Shown here: piece after piece, positions 32,912 to 46,566 of the stretch | Numbering within the stretch: position 1 is the first letter of the stretch | Layout: the number at the start of each line of letters is the position of its first letter | Source of the DNA: Tubulanus polymorphus | Lineage: Eukaryota > Animalia > Nemertea | Reading direction: 5' to 3' | NCBI RefSeq assembly: GCF_964204645.1 | Contig: NC_134032.1 | Coordinates: forward strand, 9,164,275 to 9,228,274 | DNA: 64,000 nt | Translations under genes and position numbers: made by a program | Notes under the pieces: generated by a model | What the model was told of the DNA's origin: nothing | Databases searched by the model: none | What the model saw: the letters and a program-made list of their open reading frames with translations, nothing else

Positions 32912-34285
32912 GATATCTATGTCATAGGGTAGAGGAGAATGGGAGGGCAGGTAACTGTGCATAGAATAGCGTACAAGGATTTCTTTTTAATGTGCGATAA
33001 TGGACACCATTCAATTAGCCAGGGCATAGTAAATACATTTAATATTTCATTTAATATAAATTTCAGCGTCTCCGATCACGAAGAAAAACTGGGGAGGACT
33101 CTGCAGATAAAAGATCTGGAAGATAAAAGGAACAAAACAAAGTGAAACGAATTTCCGCTACACTGGGATGGAATGTTTCCCATTACTGTATTCGGGGATC
33201 CGTCGATACTTTTAAACGCATCATGCCTCAAAACATCTTTTTAGGAAAGCTTTTTACCATTTACTGAATAATGTCTACAGTTTCAGTGTTTTTTATGTTC
33301 TTGCTTTGCAATGGCATTTTAATAATTCTAGGTAGTTAACTGCAGAAGATTAAATTCGCCTCAGGGCAGGTTGATATCTGCAGAAGCTAAATTCGCCTGT
33401 CGGGGCGAATTAGATCATCGGCTAGAATGGATTAAAAAAACAAATTTTAGTTTAACTGTCAGTCCTTTCTGAAGACTTATCAGGTATCTACAACAAAAAT
33501 GATTGAGCTAGGCCACCCGGCCTAAAATGTTCTCAGAAGTCAAAAGTTGAAATAGATAGTACCACCGCTGGGCCGTCCCGGTCGGGCCGCATACGCGAAA
33601 CACCTCAAGTTTATCAATCATTTTTATTTTTCCCAAAAAAATCTTACAATAAATCATACAACAATTTTGAACAATTCGATATGCATTCGATATCCGATTA
33701 AATTTGAAATCAGCAAGCGCTGATAAGGCGCATAAACTTTTAACTGGTAGAGGCACCGATTATTCACAATATCGACGAGAGAAGTTACCCTTTCTCGCAT
33801 CGAATTTTAACTATGTATTGTTTACCGGTACATCGACTGGCCCGCGAATACGAATCGCTCCGAGTCCGTATTTTACTTGTCGGTGAGAGTTGAGGAATGC
33901 TCCGGTACTTACCAGTTTCAAGATGGCAGCGCCCATGGACTGCCACGCCTTGCGCGCTATCTCGCAGGATTTGGCCCGCGCTGGAAGTTACGAAAAGTTT
34001 AATTCGACGATTAACGATATATTCGAAAACTACAAACCTTTCCACACGTCAAAATCCGGGTAAGTTTCCTAAATTATGCTTTTTTTCTGTGTTTACATTC
34101 TAGTCGCACTATTTATCGACCGCAACCCGCGGAAATCACTCCTATATAGCCAAATGTTAAGTTGAGCGCACACGGGTTTAGCGATGGGCTTGGATTTTAT
34201 TTCCGGGTTGTTGATAATCTCGCGAGAATGGTGCTAAATATGAACTGCGAATAAATTCAAAATATCACGGAAATACCTTGTGTTT

Positions 34286-34411
34286 GAAAATCGTCGGTTC
34301 AAGTTTCCAGTTAGCATTTTCTCAAAAACTATATACACGCACTCACCTTTTCCAAGATTTCCCAAATTTTTGGAGAAAATGCTTACTGGAAACTTGAACC
34401 GACAGATTTTC
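34286..34411. repeat. Small foldback element with ~45-bp inverted arms
   Basis: gtcggttcaagtttccagttagcattttctc pairs with gagaaaatgcttactggaaacttgaaccgac. Confidence 0.8.
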
Positions 34412-34498
34412 ATTGAAATGTAGTTGGCTGATGCGAAAACTGATACCTACTTCCGGTAACGAACGTTAGGCCTATAACCCGTATTACAACACGATTCA

Positions 34499-36290
34499 CC
34501 GGCATCTCGGCCCACTGCCAACTTGTCCCATTGCCGAGTCGGACCACTGACTCGGCCCACTGGCAAACTCAGCCCACTAATGCGTGCAGTATTCCCAGCG
34601 TGGGATTCGATTCCGGAACCTACAGGCTACGAGGCGGACACTCTACCAGCTACGCCATGGAGACACGCGCAATACTCTCACATATAATTAGTTCAAGAAG
34701 GCTATGATTACGAAATTGCCGAGGGCTTACGACGGTCTGCAAACTTTCTTTTCTGCTAACTTACAGATAAATAAAAGTTATGAAATCATAATGGAAGATA
34801 ACGTTCGGATTAATTTTATTCAATTAATCAATATTTTTCAAATTGAATATATCGTAATTCAAGACCTTTTACTGCTTTGTGAACTTGATTTTTGACGACT
34901 TTGAATGTTGCGTCCATGTACCAACGTTTGCTGCCGTTCAGAATATCGACCTGCTTACGTGTTGCAAATATGAGGTCTCCTATCATCTGAAAAAAGTATC
35001 TATGATGAAAGCTGTAGAAAATACTCTGATTCGCTTGAATCTGCGTATTTTTGGAAAGCCGATTGTGTTTATTTTTCAATTTTCAAGTTTGTTTCAGTTA
35101 ATTACTCGAATTAATGATTGAGCGAGAATGCTAATAGATCGATACTATACGAAAAACCCGTCGGCAATGAATTCAGTTTCCAACTGAAAATGCAAGTCAT
35201 TCGGGTGATCAGGTCGCGCTCTTTTGCCCTGTCTCGCCAAATTGTCGGGAGCTGGAACAGAATCAATGGCCATGTTTTCGTCGGTGACCTGTTCACGCAT
35301 CACCTCCTCTACGATTGCCGCAGCTGAGCGAAAGACATTTTGTTTCGCCCGTTTTTTCCTTTTTCACTTCTGTTCTAATCCTAGCAGCTACTGCGACTCT
35401 GGCACCTAAAAGAACAAAAGTTAATTCATCAAAGATCATTTCAATTACAATTAGGGTCAGAAAACTGCATTCATTTGTGTTCTCCATATTGCGTTCCAAA
35501 AACTTTCACTTTCCGTGTGCCTCCCTAAAAAAATTAAACTTATTCGATAAATCTAATGAACTATAGTTATCTGCCTACCTGGAGGATGATTGTGCTCCGA
35601 AAGTCTCCAGTATTCCGTGGCATTCTGTATCAAAGATGCTTTGCAATTTATGAGCTTATTTCTTACAGAGCACCTCCAATGAACTGTTGAATTAGTTGCA
35701 CGTTTTTTTGTGTACGAGAAGCCCAGTGAATCCAACAATTTGTCTTGTCCCCTCTTTGGAAGAAGATGATACCTGAAAAAGGGAACATTATCATATATGA
35801 ATAAAATTATAGATAAAAATTGAAATACTTATCTTCATTCAACGTAGTTATATAGATGAAGCAATTTATGAGTAATTTTGACAAAATACCTTGGTGTATG
35901 TAATTTCTTCGTCATCTTTGACCTCTCTGGGTACAGGGTCTCTGATCGAAGATTCATCGAAATCCATCGGTTCGATGGTTCTCGGACTGGTGGAAAGGCA
36001 TCATCAGTCGACAAGCGAAGGCTCGCCCTCTGTGCCGCTCCAGTCGCCAACGATAACCGTGTACTTTCTGCCTGGGGTATCGCTGGTTAAGTCCCCTGTA
36101 GACGACAAGGAATGCACTTCCACGGAATGTCCTTGCCACTTTTCACTGCTTCCATGTACGTTTCCCGGGTGATTCCAGTCTTGCGGATTCGGTGCTGCCA
36201 TTTCCCGCAATCGTCACACGATATACCCTCTTGCCTTGGTCTGACTTCCTCCTCGCAAGAAATACATGTTGAATCTCCGGAGGGCATAAT
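34499..36290 (-). mobile_element. Internally deleted Phantom-type MULE (PHD, FLYWCH, start of MULE domain)
   Basis: PHD CISC...CDDCGKWQH...WKCIPC; FLYWCH GFSY...WRCS...CKA...HNH; LIFAT...WYMDATFKVV. Terminal CTCGGCCCAC subrepeats at 34499-34580. Confidence 0.8.
34593..34660 (-). other. Degenerate tRNA-like sequence next to the Phantom terminus
   Basis: A box TGGCGTAGCTGG and B-box-like GAATCGAATCC at tRNA spacing. Stems are imperfect. Confidence 0.55.
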
Positions 36291-37614
36291 AATCGCTGTT
36301 CTCAAGTCGTCGTTATCGCTTTAGCAAAATGCTGAATAGTGCTAACCCGCAGAAAAATCTAGGGGTTTATATACCATCTGCAGTTCCAATGGCAAACTAA
36401 TTAGTCAGGATCAATCAGAATTCCAATCTACTCACCAAACAGATCAGTTTCTTTCTTAATTAATGATTAGTTCGATTGATAATTAGTGCTGATTACTGTT
36501 CATCCGTTCATACTCACTTTGATAATACTTTTCCATCTAAAAATGCACAATTCTGTGGAAAAAAAACCTGGGAATTTCACCGTGAAATAGCATATTTTCA
36601 TTTTTGGAAACTTTAAACTTATTGTCAATCATTTTTAGCCCACTTGGGACTTTAGTCCCAGCGGGCTATTGCGTTCACTTTTCGCCGTCCGTCCGTAGAC
36701 AGAATCCAGTTATTTTGGGAAGTTTTGAAAACGCTTCAAGGTAATGTCTTGATATTTGGTTTATACATGTTTAGCAACGGGTTCTCCACCATTTTAGCAA
36801 CGGACTTTTCGCGTGTTGCCAATTTTACAAAACTGAAAATTCAAACGATTGAATTTATGTGTTAATACCAGTTTATTTTACGTCTTAATCAGTTGGATAG
36901 CAGGCACAGAGTGTTATGATAATTAGTTAACAGTATACACAGAATAGAATTAAATATCATTACTTGGTTAATCAAACTACATCAGATCGTAACTGAAATT
37001 GTCCTAAAATTACTTTTCTTTAACTACATACTTAATACAAAGGCCTATTTCTACAAACAAACAATCATTAGCTGTCATTTTAGGTTAAATACCTAATCTA
37101 TAAAATTTGACTCTCAGTACCAAATGTACGTGTTACATAAAGGTCTGATTTCTCAGCTAAGCCTAGGTACACATTTATGCCAAAACATATGTAAAATTTA
37201 ACTATGAAAAATGGATGTAACTCACCTGAAAATTCAAACGATTGAATTTATGTGTTAATACCAGTTTATTTTACGTCTTAATCAGTTGGATAGCAGGCAC
37301 AGAGTGATCAAATCTGTGCTGCCAAAAACCAAGTTGATTAAGACACTCCCATCAAGAAATTAGTGACCAAAACTTCTAGCGATTGGTTCATCCAAATCTT
37401 AGTGACATATTAAGACACTAATTACCTGATGAGAGGTTAACTAGTTGCGAGGGCAGGTGAGTTGAGAGTTGTTTATATTGCTATTACATCACTTATTCAA
37501 AAATAGTGCCAGTTCGCTAGGCAGACAAAATACTCAATAAACAAGACAGCCTACTTGAGCTGCCAAAACGGTATCCGGGTAAAAGTGACAAAGACTAAGG
37601 GTTAGATCCATTAG

Positions 37615-40265
37615 CCCTGGGATGCCCAAAGTACCAAAAAATTTGCTGAAAATTATATACCTTTGGGACTAGCCTAAATATGGTGCAAATAGTTTATCCC
37701 TATCAAAAATTTTGGTAACCAAGGGTGATGACCTACTTTTCTGAGCTGTCCCATATATGGAACACCGGGCATTTATGACTTGTACTAATACTTAACTTGA
37801 TTCAACAAAGAACACTAATTAGGCCACTAATGTATGCTATAATATCAATCAACTTTTATTCTTATTCCACTATTGTATAATAACTACAAATGGCTATAAA
37901 TGAACTCCTCGGCTAACCTCGGACATCGCTCAATTTACAGTTATTTTATATGATATGCTCTATAACAGTTACGGTTTTCAGTAAAACAAAGGAGAACTTC
38001 ACATTTCTCACATCTGGTGTCCGTTTTAGAACTACAAACTACGCAACGGGCCCTTTTATCTGCCTTCACAGGCCAATGAGCAACCTGATCATATCGGCTG
38101 TCAACGTCTGGCAAAACGCGTATCATTTTTGGAGGAACATATTGTGATGGTGAACCTGCTGCATCCGATGGCCGTCCCCTTCTCTTTGCCATGCCACATG
38201 TAACTAATGCTTTTGCTACCTGAGTTTGAAATACGCGGAGTTTTATTTTACTGGGCGTACCAAGGAGATTTGCATCGCGCTTATAAAGTAGCCATGCATT
38301 GATACAAGCTATACTAACATAACTCCAAAACAATATGGTATACCATCGTTTCGTTCTCATACGAAATTTACATTTAGCCAAATATGCGTCTAGCATATCT
38401 ACACCACCCATGTGGTTATTATACTCTTTTACCATGAATGGCCGACTGATCTCCTTATAGGCTTTGGCAGTCTTATCCCATCGTTTACATTTGTCTAACG
38501 GTTCAGGTCCTACATACGTTGACATCAAAGTTACCGCCTTTGTGTCCTTCCAGCGACAGCATACTACATTTTCTTTGTTCTCTACATAATAATCATATTC
38601 ACCTCTGGTTTTCAGCTGATTATCGGTTTTGAGTGGACAACCACTAACACGATTTGCCCTAACTGTACCAACATAATAAATTCCGCGTTGTACCAACTTC
38701 AACAAAAGTTGTAATGAGGTGAACAGGTTATCAGCAAAAACTATATAACCACAGTTATCGGCAAGGGATTGGCATAGTTTGAAGACAATATGAGTTCCAA
38801 GAGAATCAACCCGTTGTTCGGCACTATTTTTTCCTTGATACATCTCGAAATCATGTAAAAAGCCATCGCTACCGCACCTGGCCCACATTTTGAACCCCCA
38901 CAGATGAGGTTTTCCTCGGATATATTGACGAATTCCACTAAACTTCCCTTTATAGCTGATCATTTGCTCGTCAACGCACTGGTACTGTTCTGGAGTCACG
39001 AGAAGACATTGTTGTCGAAATTTATCAATAAATGGCTGCAACTTCCACACTTTATTTTTCTTCATATCATCCGTTACAGCTTCATTATTGACAAAGTGTA
39101 AATACCGCTGCAAGGTCTCGAACCTATTTCGCGGCATCACATCTGCGATAAACGGGATGCGAAGATTCACTTCCCAATACATGCGAACAGATCTCAACTG
39201 TATTAGACCCATTCTCAAATAAATTCCTAGGAATAGTTCAATCTCTTTGTAGTTTGTATTTACCGATTTATCTGGGCCTAATACTTGTGCACTATATAAA
39301 TTTGTATTTTCCACAATCAAATCTAACATGTCCCTCGTTATGAACTGGCTAAAATACCACAACGGCGTCTCAAGTTCAACCCCACGGCATATAGGTTCAA
39401 CGGCTGGGCCAGTAAAGTTTATAACTGGAGGTGTGAATTTTTTTTTTACCCACTTACAATCAGTTTTTGTACGGCTCACTACCTGACTCACACCAGCTAA
39501 TTGAGCAAGCGGAACATCGTCATCGCTTTCGCCATCGGCATCCTCATCACCATCGTCGCTATCAATATCAGATTCCCCTGCATTTCCGTCATAATCATCA
39601 TCGCTGCCCCAGCCATCATCATCATCAGATTCAGGGTCATTGCCAAAATCACTATCGTCGTCATCAATTACATCCAGAACTTGAACCAAACTGAATGCTT
39701 TTTTATTTTGTCTAGACATGGTTTTTCATGATGAGACTCAAGTATTCACCAAATCACTAAAAATACAGAAAAGAATCAAAACATTAGCCATGAGGGCATA
39801 AAAAGGCTAAATCATAGTGCTGCAGTCCATACAAACCCAAAAAGTTCCATACAAAAAATCTTATCAATCATGCTGACACCAAACATTTCTGCCCGGTGTT
39901 CCACGGGTGGGACACCACTAAAACATCGGCTTTACACACTTCACTTTATCAGCTACACCCGATAACAATGACTCTAATTATTCTTTATTATTTGTTTTAG
40001 TAAAATAACATTACAAAAGTGGTCTAATTACCTGATTCCATGCGAAATTTTCACGATAATTTTGATTCGAATTTGCGTCATCCCAATTTCATGGGCGCGG
40101 CCATGTTGAATGCACTGCACAGACGGAAGATGTCGCAACCAGCTTCTGTTCATGTGCCGCGGGTGGGACACCGGGCAGAAGTGGTAGCAAAATATTATAA
40201 TTCGATCAAATCTTCACACAATTTTTTTTAAAGGGGGGTTGAAGGGGGTGTTCCATATATGGACA
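37615..40265 (-). mobile_element. piggyBac family B; 3' terminus present, extreme 5' terminus not found
   Basis: CCCTGGGATGCCC after TTAG. Subterminal motif GTG(T/C)(T/C)CC...GG(G/A)ACACCGGGCA repeated at ~37748, 39890, 40154 and 40246. Confidence 0.85.
37941..39719 (-). CDS. Intact piggyBac transposase, 592 aa
   Basis: CVDEQM, FADNLF and GGVDMLD motifs, plus a full C-terminal Cys-rich domain RCVVC...CEKC...LC...NCY..YH. Confidence 0.92.
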   Translation of the reverse strand: MSRQNKKAFSLVQVLDVIDDDDSDFGNDPESDDDDGWGSDDDYDGNAGESDIDSDDGDEDADGESDDDVPLAQLAGVSQVVSRTKTDCKWVKKKFTPPVINFTGPAVEPICRGVELETPLWYFSQFITRDMLDLIVENTNLYSAQVLGPDKSVNTNYKEIELFLGIYLRMGLIQLRSVRMYWEVNLRIPFIADVMPRNRFETLQRYLHFVNNEAVTDDMKKNKVWKLQPFIDKFRQQCLLVTPEQYQCVDEQMISYKGKFSGIRQYIRGKPHLWGFKMWARCGSDGFLHDFEMYQGKNSAEQRVDSLGTHIVFKLCQSLADNCGYIVFADNLFTSLQLLLKLVQRGIYYVGTVRANRVSGCPLKTDNQLKTRGEYDYYVENKENVVCCRWKDTKAVTLMSTYVGPEPLDKCKRWDKTAKAYKEISRPFMVKEYNNHMGGVDMLDAYLAKCKFRMRTKRWYTILFWSYVSIACINAWLLYKRDANLLGTPSKIKLRVFQTQVAKALVTCGMAKRRGRPSDAAGSPSQYVPPKMIRVLPDVDSRYDQVAHWPVKADKRARCVVCSSKTDTRCEKCEVLLCFTENRNCYRAYHIK

Positions 40266-40757
40266 TAGGAAAAATCTACAAATATGTTTTCTTAGCTACA
40301 AATGACCTGGCAAAATATTGATTACAATATTTAAACATAAAAACACAATCCGCAGTTCCAGATAAAAATACTCCTTGCTAAACATGTATCTACCCTAGAC
40401 ACATCTTCAGCCCAAAAACTGGCCCTGTCAGATTAAAGATGGCCGACTGGCAGCCATTGTTGTTCGCCAAAATCAGCACATTTTCGAAGTTCTCGAGGGA
40501 AATTTTGAAGACGCTTTGATCAATGGGGTTCACCATCGGCAGATGGCGCGCGAGTACCAACCGGTATCAAATAACACTTCCGGTACAATGTCAATGGGAC
40601 AATGGGTCGTAAACTGACTCGGTTACTGATCCTTAACAGCCAATTTTATATTTGAATTTAATAGTGGACAAATAAGCAATATCAACACAAGGTATTTCTG
40701 TGATATTTTGAATTAATTCTCAATCCAGTTTAAGACAAAAAGCTTGTCCAGAAATAT

Positions 40758-41327
40758 ATGCCGGTAAATTTTGCGAAGCGATTTCCAACTACGAAGACGA
40801 TCCTAGATGCAACGGAAATACCAATTCAAAAACCAGGCAACGTTGAATCACAGTCCTTGACATTTTCGACGTACAAAAATAAGAACACTATGAAATCCAT
40901 GATAGGTATTTCACCACGTGGTGTAGTTACCTGTGTAAGTCATTGCTTTGGAGGTTCTTCTAGTGACCGACAGATCATCGAACGATCAAACCTTGTATAA
41001 AAAACTGAAAGAATGTTTGATCGAGGCGACAGTATCATGGCCGATTGAGGAATTCAGGTACAAGATCTCTTCAGTTCATTAGATGTGAAAGTGAACATCC
41101 CTACGTTTCTGCGAGGCAAAAGCCAGTTGTCTGCCGAAGAAGTTGTTCATGACAGACGTATCACATCGAAACGTATCCATGTAGAGCGAGTTATTGGACT
41201 GGCAAATACTTACAAAATCCTACAACATCCTTTAACACACAGCAAAGTGCCATTTGCATCTAGAATCATGTATGTGTGTTTCGTGCTATGCAACTTCAGA
41301 CCGTCGATTGTTGGTAAATTGGCATAA
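40758..41327 (+). pseudogene. DDE_Tnp_4-type (ISL2EU/Harbinger-like) transposase, C-terminal part
   Basis: ILDATEIPIQKP, FSTYKNKNT, GGSSSDRQI, IMAD, RIHVERVIG. Contains stops. Confidence 0.85.
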
Positions 41328-41329
41328 TT

Positions 41330-43094
41330 AGTGTTGCACCTAGGATTGGAATGTCCGGTCTAATATAAATCCCACAGGATCGGACGTGAACGTTGCAGCA
41401 CTTCTCAAATTCTTTTATGGCTGTTGATTCAAATTGTTTGCCGTGTATAGTTGCCGCAGTTTCAAAACTCGAGGTTAAAGAAATCAAACTTTTGCAAAGT
41501 TTTTGCTTATCATGCCTTTCCGTAATTTTGTAGATTTCTCCGAATCTTGATGCCGTAATACGCCATTGACGGAGTTCAAACCATGTTGAACATTCACTCT
41601 GTTCCCTAGTGTCCACTTCCATAGCTACGGCTTGTTCGCTTGTAACCTAAGATTAGAAAATTAGATTTTGTCATTCAAATATTTACTACAATATACCTCA
41701 TTAAAAAAACTATTTTTTCCTGGAACTTTTAAAATATGTATATACCTTGAGATGTTCTTTTACCCAATACTCGGTGAAAGGTCTCTAAGTAATCGTGGTC
41801 ATTTAGAGCAGCTCCCATATCCGCCGAATCGAATAAATATCTCATGGGGAGATCTTTTGATGTCTTATTACAGTAGTTCATTACCAAACTACGTACATGA
41901 TCTGGATATCCAGGTCTGATTCTAAATTCTAGTGGTCGTGGGTCATCTAAATTTGCTGCTCTGTTGCAGGGCAAGTCTTCTGCCTTTTTTGGAGTACCGC
42001 TACCTAAAATGATAAAAAGTTTTGTAAGATTGAAAGATAATATATCTACCCTGTTCAGTCAACCATCGTTTACATTGGTGATTAAGGATTATAGAGTATG
42101 ACATGGCCATCTGACTCCTGAACTAACTCATAACAAAATGTAAACAAAGGTTTAGTAATTACGTACCTTCATGTAACTTTCTGGGATGATGGAAAGACTG
42201 CAAAGTTTCTGTGCATGATTTTCCAACCTGAAGTTTTCCATCGTGGGAAAAAGTGGCAATCATCAACAGCACAGTCCCAATGTGTTTACATGTCGAATGC
42301 GGACCTTTTCCTGCAGGGCATTCACAGTCACTGTTTAAAAATCACCATTAGATCTCACTTTAATCTTATAAGAATATGAAACCTAAAAAAAATGGGAAAA
42401 CATTTGCCTGATAAGTTTAATACATGGTCTTCATTTTTCATTCAATTTTTGTAGGCTTACAGCCTTTATTTTACACTGAATTAGAAATAATTACTTTTTT
42501 CTTCATTGCCGCTCTGATGATTCCAGTGAAGAAGCATATGTTCGCTGTTTTTAAAAAGCTGCAAGCATCTATACAGTTTGAATCTAAAAGCTGTCTGGCT
42601 TTCTCCATTGCTTTGGAGTCCTTTGACATCTCTTTATCCGTGGCCATTCGAAATTTAAAGTACCCTCTGATGTGATCTTCTGTGATGCTTGGGAGTATAC
42701 CTCGATGTTCTGGGCATAGTTGTCGAAATCCTGTTACATCATCTGGTCATTCTGGTAAAAGTTCTCTGGGAACAATGATGCTGTCATTTTGAAAATTACT
42801 ATTTCTGTCATAAGCCTCTAACCTTAAAAGAACATAAAATATCAAGTGTCAGCTTCATCTATTAGACTAGATAGTGCTGCCGACACAAATGACGGTAGCT
42901 GGGATGTTTGAAGAAGTGAATAACATGTGTGTCTTAAATACCTGGTAGCCAAGTTGCATCAAAAGTCGAATATGCATCAAAAGCTAATTGAACGATTAAA
43001 TAGATAAGGTTACCTTTCTACTAGATCTGCTTTTCTGCCTGAAGTTTTCCCACCCCTCTTGCATAGTTCGATTTTTAATTCGTTACCTTTCAGG
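41330..43094 (-). pseudogene. SAP-SWIM-YqaJ exonuclease accessory gene (spliced, decayed)
   Basis: SAP-like MAFKYDGLKGNELKIEL...GRKADLVER; SWIM-like CECPAGKGPHSTCKH; YqaJ TREQSE...WFELR..RITASRFG...HGKQFE. Confidence 0.8.
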
Positions 43095-43494
43095 CCATCA
43101 TACTTGAACGCCATTGTTTTTGCTAGTGAAGACCGGTTGATACTCGCGCGCCACCTGTCCTCGAATGCGGAGAGCCCCATTACCTTCATCTTTCATTTAT
43201 ATTTGAATCTACCAAGGGCCCATCAGCATAAGAAAAATTGGGTCGATCAGACTCAAGATGGCCATCCTATGACCTTTTTAGTGGCCAAAAATATCAATTT
43301 TGGCTAGAATTCTAGGTCCTATAGCTTCCTACTCGTTTGCCATTTCTCATTGCAACTTGTGATGGGTATTCTTTGGAAAGGGATGTTTTATACCCGAGAC
43401 AGGTATTTTTGATCAGCCAATTATGACGCAATTGGCGGCCATCTTGGTGTCATCAGTACTCATTCGTAGGCGGCAAAAAGTTTTTCTACATTAA

Positions 43495-44970
43495 AGGGGA
43501 ACTGTAGTGCCAAAACAAAAATTAGCTATTCATTTCTGCTCTAGTCGTAGTTCAGCATAATGCTTATCGAAATTTTTCTGTTCTTCCTGATAAACTCTTT
43601 AAAACCAATTTTGGTACGGATTTTGGTAGCAATTTCCGTGAAAGGGAGCCCCATATTGCAAAATCCAAAGCGAAGCTGTGTAAACATTGATGACGTAGTT
43701 TCGGCCCATCCCGCATGTGAGCGTCGTTACACTAACAATACGACTATTGAAATATCGAATTTGCTTATTGTTCAAGAAGTCCAAGCATCGGATTAATCCC
43801 TCTTTCTCCATTGCAACGGATGATGTAGTTTCCGAAACCTGTACAACTTTATAGTCGATAATTTTATTTATTGCCATATCTAAAACAGTATAAGCGCAGT
43901 ATTTGGCGTTAAACCCCGGACTGTCACACTGGCCATTTCTAGCAATTCTCAGAGGTATTCCGGCAGTTGATATATCAAAAAGCAACGCATCATGTTGCTT
44001 TCTCTGCGAATCCCTTACAACAGGAAACAGTAAACTCTTTTGATGCCTATAAAACAAGCTTTCGGAGATAAATTCGGTTCCGACTAATCCCATGAACTGG
44101 CAAAGTTTTATAATCAAGCTTCCACTAAATAATGTTGCCGCACTGCACTGGAGGTTACCTCAAGAAGTACCGTTAATCATAGGCTGAGATTCCCTATGGA
44201 AAGTACTGTGATTCTCTAAACACTCGGCTTTGACTTTCACCCATGTCCCATTCACTGATTTGTTCAAAGAGATTATTGGTTTTCCACAAGTATTTCCATT
44301 TGAATTCACAAAGTTACAGGGTACCCTATACAACAAGTCTGTCAAACAAGATTCCGAGACGATGAATTTTCTTTCGTGAACGAGACAATTCGCGTCAAAT
44401 TTGATCTCCGCAACAGATTTGACGGATGATTGAGACGAATTGGGGCAGAATTCTGGATCTATGTTGTTGATAGTCGTACTATGAGATGATGGAGTTGCTG
44501 GTGATATAGGGGTTAAGATGACTTTACGATCGACATGACCAGTCGTTTTTTGTGGAGTACTACAGATCTCCGGCTCACAGACGTAACTGTAGGTGTGGTC
44601 ATGGCTAACTTTTGTAGTCGATGCAGACGTATTGAATTCATACTCTGGCCATTGCATGTAAGCATCTTTCAGCTGGACTGTCATCTAGAAAAAAAGAAAA
44701 AATCAATGCTGGTTTAAGATTAACTTGGGCACATAACAAGGTTATTTTCAGGACTCTCTACCTTTTGTTATAAAGACATAGGCCTACGTGCAACAGATAT
44801 TTCATCATCGTAAAAATCCATGCATGTACAAATATTTTCTTTCACCAGCTGAAACTGGCGGCACTTACAGATACATTTTGCTTGGCTAACGCATGTCAGA
44901 TGACTGATAAAAATACCATACCATATATTTCTTCGTCCACCACAACCTCTACTGCAGATCCTGAATTAAG
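43495..44970 (-). mobile_element. Kolobok transposon fragment with decayed transposase
   Basis: TTAA|AGGGGAAC terminus. GQCDSPGFNAKYCAYT...VQVSETTSSVAMEKEGL and ERKFIVSESCL motifs. Confidence 0.8.
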
Positions 44971-45269
44971 AAAAAAATTGAAAAAGTAATTGATAGGTAG
45001 CCTTAAATGAAAGATGAAAGTCTGCTTCAACAGTGTTTGTAGTACAAATACATGCCATTTTTTGTATCAAAGTACATCATTGGAAATTTTTTGTTCGGGT
45101 TTATTCAAAACAATCTTCCAACCGGCCTGAACTGGATGGATGTTATGGATAATTTTGTTGGCTGTCTTATTTAATACATCAAGATTTCGGAAGTATTATT
45201 GTCCATGTTTTATATCTTTTGGTCGTTACCCACATAGTCCGAAAGTTTATTGTAGTTTTTTTTTAAACT

Positions 45270-45720
45270 GATTGCACTGGTTACCAGTGTCCATCAGAAT
45301 AGAATTTAAATTGTTGCTGATCACATATAAATGTCTTCATGATCAAGGTCCGGAATATCTCCAAAACCTGCTGTCAATTTATACACCAACCAGGTCACTT
45401 CATTCTAGTCATGATACCAGTCGTCTAGTAAAACCTGTCTCAAAACGTGCAATTGGAAACCGGGCATTTCAATTTGCAGCTACTGCTTTATGGAATGAAA
45501 TTCCCATGAGCATTCGACTAAGTCCGTCTGTTGAATGTTTTAAATCAAATTTAAAAACATACTTTTTTAGAAAAACTTATAACTGATCTTTTTATCTACT
45601 ATTGTGTTTTAATATTATGTTTTGATGCGGGTAAAATGACTTATATCTATCTAAAGCGCACCGATTACCATGTAGGGGTGCGCTATATAAGAAAATATAT
45701 TATTATTATTATTATTATTT
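45270..45720 (+). mobile_element. 3' end of an L2/CR1-type LINE
   Basis: HWLPVSIRIEFKLLLITYKCLH...GNRAFQFAATALWN...FKSNLKTYFF, followed by a (TTA)n tail. Confidence 0.9.
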
Positions 45721-46054
45721 GTTCTTGGGTGCTTGTTGATGTAGAAGTGTTGATTGTCCCGCATGTTGATTAGATTAAAAGGAAGCACATTTCGAGACCT
45801 GGGATCTGTAGTGTAGTTGTATGACATCAACGTTGCAGCTCGATGAGGTTTGTTTTTCTCCATCAATGAATGCAGTTGGTGTTTCACATCTGGTGCGGAC
45901 CATTTATTAGGTATTTGATGTACGTGCTACACATGATTGATCGGTGCAAATGCAACTATCAGGTTTGGCCATTTCAGTGTACATTTTGTGCTTGGCAAAA
46001 CTGAAGGGCCTCCAAAACCTGAAATGTAACATAACCTTAGATGACCTTAGATGG

Positions 46055-46566
46055 ATCTAGGAAATAAATAAAAATCACAGTTTGAATGTGTCACCAACCC
46101 CCAGTGTTGGGTCTTGAAACAGCAATGACGGGTAAACCATAACTCTCTAGAATTGTCATTTTCAACAGCAGCAGTAACCACATTTCTGCTTGATTCTGAT
46201 GTAACAGTTGTGAGCACACTTTTCTTATGTTTGCGTAACGGCTGAGCTTTCATTGATGCATCTGGGCAGATCAACAGATCTGCAAAGAGGAAATAAATAT
46301 AAACCACAGCTTATATGTGTCACCAACACCCAGTGTTTGGTCTTGAAACCGCAATAACGGGTAAACCATAACTTACTAGAATCGTCATTTTCAACAGCAG
46401 CAGTAACTACACTTTCGTTTGATTCTGATGTAACGGTTGTGATATCTGCAAAGAGGGAATAAATGAAAATCACTGTTAAAATGTGTCACCAACCCCCAGT
46501 GTTGGGTCTTGAAACAGTAATAACGCATAATCCATTACTTACTAGAATTGTCATTTTCAACGGCAG
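46055..46566. repeat. Three tandem ~175-230-bp units with exon/intron-like structure
   Basis: 'tgtgtcaccaac.cccagtgtt.ggtcttgaaac' and 'tcattttcaac.gcag' each occur three times. Confidence 0.85.

Larger units (their letters stand above)
36771..40381. mobile_element. Unclassified insertion with 7-bp TIRs (TTAGCAA..TTGCTAA) and 6-bp ACATGT direct repeats; hosts piggyBac B
   Basis: ACATGT at 36765-36770 and 40382-40387. The interrupted HINE-like repeat rejoins colinearly with its paralogue at ~23400. Confidence 0.7.
40525..43178. mobile_element. ISL2EU-type DNA transposon, internally deleted
   Basis: GGGG...CCCC imperfect TIRs with inverted GGCGCGCGAGTA.CAACCGGT, 2-bp AT TSD, and convergent DDE and YqaJ genes. 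Confidence 0.85.

Noticed and set aside
34593-34660. Functional tRNA gene
   Set aside because: Anticodon and acceptor stems do not pair; kept only as tRNA-like.
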